From a virus (taxonomy: Duplodnaviria; Caudoviricetes), in IMG/VR virus record IMGVR_UViG_3300017766_003652, positions 1-64,000 of that record: a stretch of 64,000 bases of DNA, one strand, 5' to 3'. Positions within the stretch are counted from its first letter, which is position 1. Each line of letters opens with the position of its first letter. A program made the position numbers and the translations under genes. The notes beneath the pieces are model-generated. The model ran no database searches, had not been told where the DNA came from, and was given only the letters and a program-made list of their open reading frames with translations. Shown here piece after piece: positions 9,108 through 17,944 of the stretch.

Positions 9108-10088
9108 ATGAAGACCCCCATCTCAATCGCCGATCTCAAGAGCCTCCACAAAGCGTACGCCGACGTCAACATTGATTCCCGAGTTGCCACCATGCGCAAG
9201 ATGGTGGGCTGGTATGAATCCTATATCCCGTTCGTCCGCCGCAAGTGGAACGCGGATCAGGTCAGCGCCCTGGACTCCGCCCTCCGCATCCGCGGCCGGG
9301 CGATGGACTCCCGGACCCCGATCGAAGAGGCGGACACCGCCCTCCGCATCATGCTCCGCAAGATGGAGGGTGCCGTGAATGAGGCGAACCTCCCCATCCT
9401 GTCCGAGACCATCGCGGCCTTTGAACTCAAACGGCAGGACCTGGAACTCAAGGCGGCTAAGAAGGTTGCCCTGTACTCCAATCTAATCGATAGCCTGAAC
9501 GGCACCTTCTCCTTCCTGGGTCTCAAGTTTTCTATCGACGATCGCTGCAAGACCCTGGCGGCAGCCCCTGGAGGGCGGGTCCTGATTAACCCCTTAACCG
9601 CGGACACGTTCTTTGGGATCTCGGCCACCGACCTCCTGTTCCGGTTGGCCCCCTCCGCCCTCAAGGCCGCCGCCCTTACGGTATCGGCTACGGGAGGGAT
9701 GGTCCAGGATTTCACGGCGTACTCCGAGGCCACCACCAAACTCCTGACGTATATTCAATCCCAGATGGGGACCCAGGCTGGTCCCACGATTAACCCGGCC
9801 AAGGGCACCCGCCAGGCCGCTCCCAAGGCTCCCAAGGTATCCAACGCCCCCAAGGCTACCCCGATCAACGCCGGGAACTACCGAGGGGCCAAAGGGGAGG
9901 TATTCTCCCGGCTGATGGCCAAGGCCGGCACCTGGGTCCGGGTCGACGATCTGTTCCAGGGGCTCTCTGTAGCCGAGGCGACCAAGTACCGCCACCTGGC
10001 CTACCTCGCCACGGACGGGTTCTCCTCCGGGAAATGGTCCATCCAAGTTAACCGCAAGACAGGCAGCGCCCGGTATGATACTGTATAA
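9108..10088 (+). CDS. hypothetical protein
   Basis: AAAGGA RBS before the ATG at 9108; strong coding-like codon usage. Confidence 0.8.
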   Translation: MKTPISIADLKSLHKAYADVNIDSRVATMRKMVGWYESYIPFVRRKWNADQVSALDSALRIRGRAMDSRTPIEEADTALRIMLRKMEGAVNEANLPILSETIAAFELKRQDLELKAAKKVALYSNLIDSLNGTFSFLGLKFSIDDRCKTLAAAPGGRVLINPLTADTFFGISATDLLFRLAPSALKAAALTVSATGGMVQDFTAYSEATTKLLTYIQSQMGTQAGPTINPAKGTRQAAPKAPKVSNAPKATPINAGNYRGAKGEVFSRLMAKAGTWVRVDDLFQGLSVAEATKYRHLAYLATDGFSSGKWSIQVNRKTGSARYDTV

Positions 10089-10166
10089 TCAGTTCATGCG
10101 GCGGATGCCGGCGCATCAGAGAGGGGGACCCCCTAACCGGGGCGACCCTCCACCCGAGGGGAGGCA

Positions 10167-11012
10167 ATGGAACTAACCGCAAAAGAAAAAGAAGTTCTCG
10201 CCCGGTTAGGGATAACCGGGACCCTTAAATGTGACCATTGCGGTCACCGTATCGCCTCTGTGATGTACTACAAAGGGGCGCAACCTGGAACCACATACTG
10301 TTCAAACTCCTGTTTCGAAGTAGGCGAGCAGATAACCCGGTCCCGTTCTCAACGGAATCAGCAAGGAACCACTACCATGATTGACAAGACACCCAAGCGC
10401 GACTCCGAGGAGTCCCCCAAGAAGAAAAAGGCCACCGAGGCGGAGGAGGCTCCCAAGAAAAAGAAACGGGACGCCGAGGAGGCCCCGGAGGAGAAGCCGG
10501 CCAAGAAAAAGAAGCCGGTCGATGACGACGAGGATGAGGACGAGGTCCCCAAGAAAAAGAAAAAGGTGACCGAGGCCCCCGCCGAGGATAAGCCAGCCAA
10601 GAAAAAGAAACGGGATGCCGAGGAGCCCGCGGACGACGAGGACGAGGACGAGGACGAGGCCCCCAAGAAAAAGAAGAAGGCCTCGGAGGCCGCCCCGGCC
10701 GATGCCAAGCCGGCCAAGGATAAGGGCAAGGACAAGAAGGACAAACCGGCCAAGGACAAACCGGCCAAGGAGTCCAAGCCCAAGGAGAAGAAGGACAAGC
10801 CGGGAGAGAACCCGTATCGCGCCGGGACCATGTGCCATAAGGTGCTGGCCCGCCTGCTCGGAGGGAAGCCCCGGACGTTCGAACAGCTCTTCAAGGATCT
10901 GGAGGCCGGAGACGGTCGGCGTATGCTCGGCTGTATCATCGAGCGCGGCGAGCAACGGGGTGGGTACTCCATCAAGAAGAATTCGGATGGTACCTTCCAG
11001 CTGGCCTCCTAA
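10167..11012 (+). CDS. Lys/Glu-rich low-complexity protein with N-terminal Zn-finger; possibly DNA-binding
   Basis: CDHC...YCSNSC, repeated EEAPKKKK/DDEDED blocks, small globular C-terminus; GGAGG RBS; alternative start at 10378. Confidence 0.75.
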   Translation: MELTAKEKEVLARLGITGTLKCDHCGHRIASVMYYKGAQPGTTYCSNSCFEVGEQITRSRSQRNQQGTTTMIDKTPKRDSEESPKKKKATEAEEAPKKKKRDAEEAPEEKPAKKKKPVDDDEDEDEVPKKKKKVTEAPAEDKPAKKKKRDAEEPADDEDEDEDEAPKKKKKASEAAPADAKPAKDKGKDKKDKPAKDKPAKESKPKEKKDKPGENPYRAGTMCHKVLARLLGGKPRTFEQLFKDLEAGDGRRMLGCIIERGEQRGGYSIKKNSDGTFQLAS

Positions 11013-11030
11013 CCGGAGGGGCTGAGGATC

Positions 11031-11061
11031 GGAGCGGAGGGCCTTTGCCTCCGCTCTTTCC
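11031..11061 (+). terminator. intrinsic terminator
   Basis: GAGCGGAGG / CCTCCGCTC stem then TTTCC. Confidence 0.65.
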
Positions 11062-11138
11062 TTGTCCAGGGACGCTTTCAGGGCCCTGGAGGTACCCAAG
11101 GGACCCCACCCCTCCCGGACCCCGTATAATCGATTCAG

Positions 11139-11414
11139 ATGCCGGCCCTCACCCACGATACGGTCCTCCTGTATAACCCCCTGGCGATGAGCCGCGGATT
11201 CTGTTACACCTGCCATGGTACCGGGTGGAAATCCAGGGACCGGCAATGCCCCTGTACCCTCCGGCGATTGGAGAGGGATCACCCGGAGAGGGTAGAGGCA
11301 AAGTGGATGGCCTGGGTCGAGGCTATCGGGGGTCCTCGGTTCCCTCGGTCTTGTTTGCAGGGCGGGTACCTTAGGTCAAATCTAGGGCAAGGTCTAAGGC
11401 TACGTTCCCTCTAG
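11139..11414 (+). CDS. small Cys-rich (DnaJ-type Zn-finger-like) protein
   Basis: CYTCHGTG...CPC; TATAAT at 11125 just upstream of the ATG. Confidence 0.55.
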   Translation: MPALTHDTVLLYNPLAMSRGFCYTCHGTGWKSRDRQCPCTLRRLERDHPERVEAKWMAWVEAIGGPRFPRSCLQGGYLRSNLGQGLRLRSL

Positions 11415-11450
11415 CCAGATCCGGCAAAACAGGCGTACTCTTAACTCATG
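11381..11450 (+). promoter_or_regulatory. repeated promoter module, copy B
   Basis: TCTAGGGC 11381, TCTAAGGC 11393, TAGCCA 11412, GGCAAAACAGGCG, TACTCT 11436, ATG 11448. Confidence 0.85.
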
Positions 11451-11675
11451 GGTAACGCAGCCAAACAACAAATCGAAACCGAGATGAAGGCGATGTTCGC
11501 CAACGCCGGGGTCAGGACCTCCCCCTTTGTAACCCTGGAGGTCGGCAAGCGGACAGTCGACGAATACTCGGATATGGGCATGGAAGCCCGGTTACTGACC
11601 CGCTTCGGTCTGTACTTTGTCGTATCCGTAAAGAACGCCAACAAACTGAAAGACCTCTGCCAGGTGGTCTACTAG
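11448..11675 (+). CDS. hypothetical protein, paralog of 13803-14033
   Basis: leaderless start; shares LL.R.G.YFV...KNA.KL..C with 13803. Confidence 0.8.
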   Translation: MGNAAKQQIETEMKAMFANAGVRTSPFVTLEVGKRTVDEYSDMGMEARLLTRFGLYFVVSVKNANKLKDLCQVVY

Positions 11676-11685
11676 GAGTCCTCAG

Positions 11686-11967
11686 ATGGGCCGCCGCAAA
11701 AGAGTTAACGTATTTCGGGAGGGTAAGGTCCACGTGTGTGCGGCCCTCTGCCCCTCCTGTATCTACCGACCCGGGAGCCCCCTGATGGAGGTTCCCATCA
11801 AAGCCGCCGCGGTGAGGGATCAGACCGCGGTCATCTGCCACAGTACCATTGATCTGAAGGAGCAGGCGGTATGCCGCGGCTTCTACGAAACGACCCCGAC
11901 CCTCCCCCTAATGTTGGCTCGGGATCTGGACCTGATTGTGTTCGATAAACTGGATAAGGAGAACTGA
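11686..11967 (+). CDS. Cys-rich hypothetical phage protein
   Basis: CAALCPSC...VICHST...AVCRGF; AGGAG RBS. Confidence 0.7.
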   Translation: MGRRKRVNVFREGKVHVCAALCPSCIYRPGSPLMEVPIKAAAVRDQTAVICHSTIDLKEQAVCRGFYETTPTLPLMLARDLDLIVFDKLDKEN

Positions 11968-11968
11968 C

Positions 11969-12304
11969 ATGGATCTTACCAAACGCATATTTGCCCTGGA
12001 GATCGCCCGCGCAACTGAGGAGGGGCACCTTGAAACCCTCCGGGAATGCCTCGGGCCCATCCTGGCTACCAACGCCAAGATAGTGGCGAGTACCCGCAAG
12101 GCGGAGGTTGCGCTGGCGGTCGGGGTTACCCTGACGGAGGTACGCCGGTTCATCGAACTGGAGGCCCTGGAGGCCCTGGCGGCCGGGGAACCGGATAACG
12201 GGGCGCTCGTTACCGCGGCCCGCACCTTGGTCGCCCAGATCACCCGCAAGTTCGAAACCTTTGAGGTACCGGCGAACCTGATTGATCGGGCAAAGGAACT
12301 CTAA
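11969..12304 (+). CDS. hypothetical protein
   Basis: AAGGAG RBS; TAATG coupling to the ligase. Confidence 0.7.
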   Translation: MDLTKRIFALEIARATEEGHLETLRECLGPILATNAKIVASTRKAEVALAVGVTLTEVRRFIELEALEALAAGEPDNGALVTAARTLVAQITRKFETFEVPANLIDRAKEL

Positions 12305-13614
12305 TGAGTTCCGCCCGGAGGCTGTTGGATACCCTACACAAGGTGCGGGGCACTGGAGGGCGGAACGACAAGCTCGCCCTCCTCCAGAAACTGATAGGCA
12401 AACCGTCTGGGGATCTCCTCCGACAGGTAGCCCTCTATGCGGCACACCCGCACTGGACCTTTGGGGTTACCTCCGGGAGCCTCCCTGTGTTCATCCTCCC
12501 CATGCAAGGGCCCTTGACCGAGAGGGATATGCTCCAGACCTTGTTCAAACATCTGGACGCCCTCCGGGAACGCTCCAGCCCTCGGGCGGACGTGGTCAAG
12601 GGTATCGGGGCGCTCCTCGAATATATGACAAATCAGGAGGACCGGGACCTGTTCCTGGGGATCATAGATAAGGACCTCCGCATAGGGTTCAAGGATTGGA
12701 ACCGGCTGTTCCCAGGGCTCCTCCCGGAGGCGGAGCTCATGCTCTGCGAGGAGTGGGATGGCAAACCCCTGACCGGGATCTGGCAGGCGGAAGCGAAGCT
12801 CGATGGTATCCGTTGCCTCATAACCGTTAGCGAGAAGGGGCACTGCGAGGCCCTCACTCGGAGTGGCAAACCCCTGTACAATCTGACCCGGATCTTTGAG
12901 GCAATCAAGTTCAACACCGGCCTTCGGGCGTGTGTCCTGGACGGCGAGCTGGATGCGGGCAAGTTTGGGTTAACCTCCAGCATAACCCGATCAATGAAGG
13001 CCCACCCGGATATCGAGAAACTCCAGTTCTTTGCCTTTGATATGCTCACGCTGGCGGAGTTTAAGAGCGCGGCCTCCGGGACCCCCACCCGTACCCTGGC
13101 AAAACGCAAGGCCCATCTCCGAACGGTCCTGGGTCCTGCCGGTCAGTACCTCTGCTACCTGCCAGGGATCGCGGTAGAATCGACCCAGGCCATTCACGAT
13201 CAGCTCGGGCAGAAACTCGCCGCGGGGAAGGAGGGGCTCGTCCTCAAGGATCAGAAATCATCATATGAGTTTGCCCGGTCCCCCGCCTGGCTCAAGTTCA
13301 AACCGACCAAGGACTGCGACCTCAAGGTTGAGAAGGCAGTTATCGGTAAGAACAAACACTCCAAGGTTCTGGGGGCTCTCCTGTGCCGAGGTACCGTGAA
13401 GGACAAGGGTAAGGAGTACGAGGTCCTGGTCAGCGTAGGTGGTGGATATACTGACAAACAGCGCGCACAGTTCTGGCGAGACCGTGATAAACTGATAGGG
13501 ACAACGGTGCAGGTCCGATACCAAGATGTCACCGACGACCTCTGTATCGAGCCCGGTACTTCGAGCCTACGGTTTCCCCGGTTCCAGAGATTGAGACCGG
13601 ACAAGAGTTTGTAA
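12304..13614 (+). CDS. ATP-dependent DNA ligase
   Basis: motif I EAKLDGIRC, LDGEL, FAFD, EGLVLKD, WLKFK, C-terminal OB fold ending LRFPRF. Confidence 0.95.
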   Translation: MSSARRLLDTLHKVRGTGGRNDKLALLQKLIGKPSGDLLRQVALYAAHPHWTFGVTSGSLPVFILPMQGPLTERDMLQTLFKHLDALRERSSPRADVVKGIGALLEYMTNQEDRDLFLGIIDKDLRIGFKDWNRLFPGLLPEAELMLCEEWDGKPLTGIWQAEAKLDGIRCLITVSEKGHCEALTRSGKPLYNLTRIFEAIKFNTGLRACVLDGELDAGKFGLTSSITRSMKAHPDIEKLQFFAFDMLTLAEFKSAASGTPTRTLAKRKAHLRTVLGPAGQYLCYLPGIAVESTQAIHDQLGQKLAAGKEGLVLKDQKSSYEFARSPAWLKFKPTKDCDLKVEKAVIGKNKHSKVLGALLCRGTVKDKGKEYEVLVSVGGGYTDKQRAQFWRDRDKLIGTTVQVRYQDVTDDLCIEPGTSSLRFPRFQRLRPDKSL

Positions 13615-13619
13615 GGGAG

Positions 13620-13720
13620 AGCCCCTTACGCCCATCATGTGCACAGTGCCGCGGAGAGATCCACGGACGCCTGGATTAGGTGCCAGGTCCATTAAACACA
13701 CATGGTGGGCGTAAGGGGCT
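13620..13720. repeat. 101 bp intergenic inverted-repeat element, possible structured RNA
   Basis: AGCCCCTTACGCCCATCATGTG (13620-13641) pairs with CACATGGTGGGCGTAAGGGGCT (13699-13720); two internal hairpins. Confidence 0.7.
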
Positions 13721-13736
13721 TTCGCCGTACTAGGTC

Positions 13737-13805
13737 TCTAAGGCATCATCTAAGGCGACGTTCCATCTAGCCGAGCCGGCAAAACAGGCATACTCTTATT
13801 ACATG
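13737..13805 (+). promoter_or_regulatory. repeated promoter module, copy C
   Basis: TCTAAGGC 13737 and 13749, TAGCCG, GGCAAAACAGGCA, TACTCT 13791, ATG 13803. Confidence 0.85.
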
Positions 13806-14033
13806 GAACGCAACCAAGCAGCAGAACAGATCAAAGCCGAGTTAGCCCAGATGTTTCGGGACGCCAAGATGCTGGCCCCGGAGATGGTAACCGAGGAGGA
13901 GGGCCGCGAGATCGTAGCCCGGTTCGCGGAGGTTAACCTCCAGATGTGGCTCCTCAGCCGGCACGGTTACTACTTCGTAACCACCCCCAAGAACGCCCAC
14001 AAACTCTCCCTGGTCTGCACCCTGGTCGCGTAA
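13803..14033 (+). CDS. hypothetical protein, paralog of 11448-11675
   Basis: leaderless start; visible similarity to the 11448 product. Confidence 0.8.
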   Translation: MERNQAAEQIKAELAQMFRDAKMLAPEMVTEEEGREIVARFAEVNLQMWLLSRHGYYFVTTPKNAHKLSLVCTLVA

Positions 14034-14044
14034 GGAGCCCTCCC

Positions 14045-15325
14045 ATGACAACCACCCACACCACCAGTATCGTCCGGGCCAAACTCCCCGAACTCCAGTT
14101 CCAGCTCGACCGCCTCTCCAAAAGGGCGGTCAAACTGGGGCTCGCCCCCATCGAACTCCGAATCCTCTCGGAGTACACCGAGAAGATCCGGCTCGGTGGT
14201 AAGGAGGACACCCCGGTCCTGATGGCCGCGATTGAAATCACCTATGAGCTGGTCAAACTCGCCGGGTGGCAGTTCGTAGCCGCGTTCGATCATACCCCGG
14301 CCGGAAACATTATCCGCAAGGCTCCGGGGTTCCGCCAGGAGTTGCCCTCCTCCTTCCAGACTACCCCTCAAGCCTGCACGCACTGTAACGTGAACCGGAA
14401 CCGGACAAATACGTTCCTGGTCCTCCAGGAGGCGACCGGCCAGTTCAAACAGGTTGGCCGCTCCTGCCTCAAGGATTTCACAGGGCACGTGTCCCCGGAA
14501 TCCCTGGCGGCATGGGCCGCGGCGTTCTTTGACTCGGTTGCCTCGGCAGAGGACCCCTCCGATGAATCGTTCGGCGGTAGCCGCGGGGTCTGTACTACCT
14601 CAATAACAGAGGTCCTGGTCTGGGTCCTCCGGTCGGTTAAGGCGTACGGTTTCCGGTCCAGTAAATGCGAGCACGGTTCTACGATCTCAAACGTCAGCGG
14701 ACTCATGTTCAACGCTCATAAGATCTGGAAGGAGCAGCGGTCGGAACTTGAATTCAAGTACCCCACCCCGGAGATACTGGAGGAGGCCGCGGCTATCCTG
14801 GCATGGGCTGAGGCCCTCCCGGAGGAAGGGTTGAATGACTACCTCTGGAACCTCCGGGTGGCCCTCCTGAACGGATACCTGATGCCCAAGACTCTGGGAG
14901 TTATCTGCTCGGTGACGGTTGCCCTGGAGAACGACAAAGCCCGCCAGGCCCGCCGAGCCCAGTACGCCGCGGAGGCCCAGAAGCGGGCGGAGGAGCGGGC
15001 TCACTCTCAGTACCGGGGCAAGATCAATGAGCGCATCGAGTTTACCGCGACGATCGTATTCACCAAGTATCTGGAATCTGATTTCGGGGGCAAGTTTCTG
15101 GTGGTCCTCCAGGACGATGCGGGCAACAGCCTGAAATCGTTCTACTCCGGCAAGGACGAGCGCCTGTACGCAGTGGGCGGACCCTACCTCTTCAAGGGCA
15201 CGGTCGATCGCCACTCGGAGTACAAAGGGGTAAAGGAAACCATGCTGAAGCGGCTCTCCCTGGAGAAGGAGCTGCCCCCTCCTCCCTCGACCCAGGCGGA
15301 ACTAGAGTTCGCGGAGGTGGTGTGA
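14045..15325 (+). CDS. phage protein with Zn-binding motif and probable C-terminal OB fold
   Basis: CTHC...QVGRSCLKDF; C-terminal beta-rich GKINERIEF...KGTVDRHSEYKG; AGGAG RBS. Confidence 0.7.
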   Translation: MTTTHTTSIVRAKLPELQFQLDRLSKRAVKLGLAPIELRILSEYTEKIRLGGKEDTPVLMAAIEITYELVKLAGWQFVAAFDHTPAGNIIRKAPGFRQELPSSFQTTPQACTHCNVNRNRTNTFLVLQEATGQFKQVGRSCLKDFTGHVSPESLAAWAAAFFDSVASAEDPSDESFGGSRGVCTTSITEVLVWVLRSVKAYGFRSSKCEHGSTISNVSGLMFNAHKIWKEQRSELEFKYPTPEILEEAAAILAWAEALPEEGLNDYLWNLRVALLNGYLMPKTLGVICSVTVALENDKARQARRAQYAAEAQKRAEERAHSQYRGKINERIEFTATIVFTKYLESDFGGKFLVVLQDDAGNSLKSFYSGKDERLYAVGGPYLFKGTVDRHSEYKGVKETMLKRLSLEKELPPPPSTQAELEFAEVV

Positions 15326-15594
15326 TGAAGGTCCCCGGTCGGTACCAAGGGCAACGGGTCCAGGACCTCCGCCCGTATCATATACAGGAGGGCATTCGCG
15401 CTTGGTATGAGGGGGCTGGGTTGTGGGACCGGATCATAGGTTGCCGCTCCTCCAGTACCCCAAAGGTCGAGCAGGTATCGGTCAGACTCCGGGATGGCAC
15501 GCAGCATAACTGGAGACGGCTCCCCTCGCAACTTTGGGACCTCGTTGTCCTTGATCCCCAGATGGCAAAAACAGTTCAGAAAGGCGTTCTATGA
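15322..15594 (+). CDS. hypothetical protein
   Basis: overlapping start/stop coupling on both sides. Confidence 0.6.
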   Translation: MMKVPGRYQGQRVQDLRPYHIQEGIRAWYEGAGLWDRIIGCRSSSTPKVEQVSVRLRDGTQHNWRRLPSQLWDLVVLDPQMAKTVQKGVL

Positions 15595-16322
15595 AACCGA
15601 AAGCAGTTGTCCTCCACAGCGGTGGTCTCGATTCAACCACCCTCCTCTATCACTACCTTGCCGCGGGGTTCGAGGTTCTCCCCCTGGCGGTTAACTACAA
15701 CCAACGGCACCGCGTTGAGTTACAGGCCGGGGAACTCCAGATGCGGGCCTTGGGGCTGCAGAGAACCGTCCTGGACCTCCCGCAGTTGTCCTCTATCCTC
15801 CAGGGTTCCTCGCAGTCCGATCCCTCCGTGGCGGTACCCCTGGGTCATTATGCCGAGGAGTCCATGAAGCTCACTGTGGTCCCGAACCGGAATATGATGC
15901 TCCTGTCGATGGCCACCGCGTTTGCCGTATCTCAAAAGGCCCAGGTGGTCGCCTTTGCCAATCATGCGGGAGACCATACCATCTACCCCGATTGCCGCCC
16001 GGAGTTTGTGAACGCCATGCGGGCGGCGATCCGGCTCTGCGACTGGCACACGCCCCGCCTGGAGGCCCCCTTCACCGAGATGACCAAGGCCAATATCGTG
16101 ACCGCGGGCGCCGACCTGGGGGTCCCTTTCCTCCACACCTGGAGCTGCTACGCCCCGCACGCGGTCCCCGGGAACTTCTACTCGACTACCTATTCGAAGG
16201 AGGCCAACGCGGTGGCTGCCGGACTGGGGCACATCCACTGTGGACGGTGCGGTACCTGCACGGAACGCATCGAGGCCTTCGAGCATGCTGGGGTCGAGGA
16301 CCCGACTCCCTATAACTACTAG
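15591..16322 (+). CDS. queC: 7-cyano-7-deazaguanine synthase
   Basis: SGGLDST, YNQRH, VPNRN, YPDCR, TWSCY...CGRCGTC. Confidence 0.95.
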   Translation: MKPKAVVLHSGGLDSTTLLYHYLAAGFEVLPLAVNYNQRHRVELQAGELQMRALGLQRTVLDLPQLSSILQGSSQSDPSVAVPLGHYAEESMKLTVVPNRNMMLLSMATAFAVSQKAQVVAFANHAGDHTIYPDCRPEFVNAMRAAIRLCDWHTPRLEAPFTEMTKANIVTAGADLGVPFLHTWSCYAPHAVPGNFYSTTYSKEANAVAAGLGHIHCGRCGTCTERIEAFEHAGVEDPTPYNY

Positions 16323-16344
16323 GACCTGAACCGAGGGCACAATC

Positions 16345-16776
16345 ATGGACAACCTTCACGTACACCTACCGGGTGGGAAACCGATCCTCTCAGGCATGGG
16401 CTTTGGCCTCAAGGTATTTGCCGGCGATATCTGGCGATTCCAAAAAGCCTACCACTTCACCCCGTACCGGATCGCCTGTACTGGGGACAAGTGGATCTAT
16501 GAGCCGATTCCAAAAGGGGCAACCTTCATAGTCGAGTACCGCAATCACTATGATGGGGAGTACACCGTGCGCTGGATTCATGGAGGGCTGCGGGGCACCT
16601 CGGTCCTCCCCATGGGGCGGGAGTACTACCAGGAAATGCTGAAGCGGATCGTCCGCGGGTCAGAGCCCGCTGTGCCGTTTATCCCTGTGCCGATTCTACT
16701 AGGGGTTCGCCCCTCGACTACCGCCTGGAAAGCCGAGGCAAAAGCCAAGGCCAAGGCCCGACAGAAGGAGGACTGA
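16345..16776 (+). CDS. hypothetical protein
   Basis: ORF in contiguous + strand array. Confidence 0.7.
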   Translation: MDNLHVHLPGGKPILSGMGFGLKVFAGDIWRFQKAYHFTPYRIACTGDKWIYEPIPKGATFIVEYRNHYDGEYTVRWIHGGLRGTSVLPMGREYYQEMLKRIVRGSEPAVPFIPVPILLGVRPSTTAWKAEAKAKAKARQKED

Positions 16777-16778
16777 TT

Positions 16779-17090
16779 ATGCTGACCTGGGGAGAAGATA
16801 AACCTCGCCCGTACTGGAGAGTCCCTCAAGAACCGGGGGTCTATCTCTCCTCATCCCTGGAGCACCTGGCTACCTACCGGAGAACCCGGATATGGCTGGG
16901 TCTCTCCCTTCTCATCTCCGGCACCCTCCTGTTTCAGGGGCTCTGGCATCTGCCGGCGATCCTCGTCCACACCTTGACCATGGGGTTAGCGGTCCGCCTC
17001 CTCCTAACCCGGATGCTGTATTTCAATGCCCTGGAGGCAGCCAAGCAGTTACGCGTACACCTCGACTTAAAGAAAGAAGACCTGCGATGA
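16779..17090 (+). CDS. membrane protein, two predicted TM segments
   Basis: hydrophobic IWLGLSLLISGTLLF and AILVHTLTMGLAV; GGAGG RBS. Confidence 0.7.
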   Translation: MLTWGEDKPRPYWRVPQEPGVYLSSSLEHLATYRRTRIWLGLSLLISGTLLFQGLWHLPAILVHTLTMGLAVRLLLTRMLYFNALEAAKQLRVHLDLKKEDLR

Positions 17091-17944
17091 ATGATGACCC
17101 CCTTAAACTAAAGGGCCTTTTTCTTGCGAGCCTGGCCACCCTGGATGCCGAGCTCGCAACAATCTCCGCCCGCATAAATCGGCTGAGGAGCGTACAGGAG
17201 GCCACTGGTGCCACTGATACCCTCATTCACTTAATGGAGGAGTGTCTCGTCCTCCGGGAGACCGCGGCCAAAGTTATCTTCTACACCACCGGGAAGAACG
17301 TGAATGACCTCCTCCCGGTGGAGAACCCGGTACCCGCCCGGAGATTGCCCAAACGCAAGCCCAAGCCCGTGGATGACGACGAGGATGAGAGCGAAGCCGA
17401 TCTCGCCGCCCTTACGGCCGGGAGTCAGTACCGGCTGGGCTCCTCTCCGTTCCCTGCCCAGTATGATGATACTGTGCTCGAACTCCTCCAGGGTATGCGG
17501 AACTATGATGCGGAATGCGAGAATGATGGGCACGAATTTGAAGGGGGTCCGTTCCCGGGAGGGGTCCTCCAGCATGAGCTGTTTTGCCAGAACTGCGGAG
17601 TTCCCCAGATCCTTGGGGCTCTCCCGGCTACCATCGCCCAGCTCCCTCCTCAGCCCTTGGCCTACCTCACCGCCTCCCTCGGGTCATTCCAAGCCCTGCT
17701 GGAGTTACGGGCCCAGTTTCTGTTCCTGAAGACTCGTTTTGTCATGGCGCCGGATGCCAAGTTGCTGGAGGTTGCCCTGGTCCGGCTACAGGGGCTCTAT
17801 TTCAATCAGCTCCGGGCGTACTCCTACGCTGACAGGGGGATCACAACGCCGGAGTACTGGGATGCCCCTGGCGATCCTGGCTTTCACTTTGATAAAGAGG
17901 CCGCGGCCCTGTTTCCGATCCGCAAGGAGGTACCGGCAGAATGA
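17087..17944 (+). CDS. hypothetical protein with Cys/His motif
   Basis: ATGA coupling; CENDGHEF...FCQNC. Confidence 0.7.
   Translation: MNDDPLKLKGLFLASLATLDAELATISARINRLRSVQEATGATDTLIHLMEECLVLRETAAKVIFYTTGKNVNDLLPVENPVPARRLPKRKPKPVDDDEDESEADLAALTAGSQYRLGSSPFPAQYDDTVLELLQGMRNYDAECENDGHEFEGGPFPGGVLQHELFCQNCGVPQILGALPATIAQLPPQPLAYLTASLGSFQALLELRAQFLFLKTRFVMAPDAKLLEVALVRLQGLYFNQLRAYSYADRGITTPEYWDAPGDPGFHFDKEAAALFPIRKEVPAE

Noticed and set aside
13640-13690. c-di-GMP-I (GEMM) riboswitch suggested by GCACAG..GNRA..GGACGC
   Set aside because: It lacks the conserved GGCAAA and CGCAAAG adenine runs; kept only as an unassigned structured element.
6443-16322. Host chromosomal queuosine operon
   Set aside because: The genes are interleaved with phage-type ORFs on a contiguous phage gene array, and no tgt, queA or queF is present.
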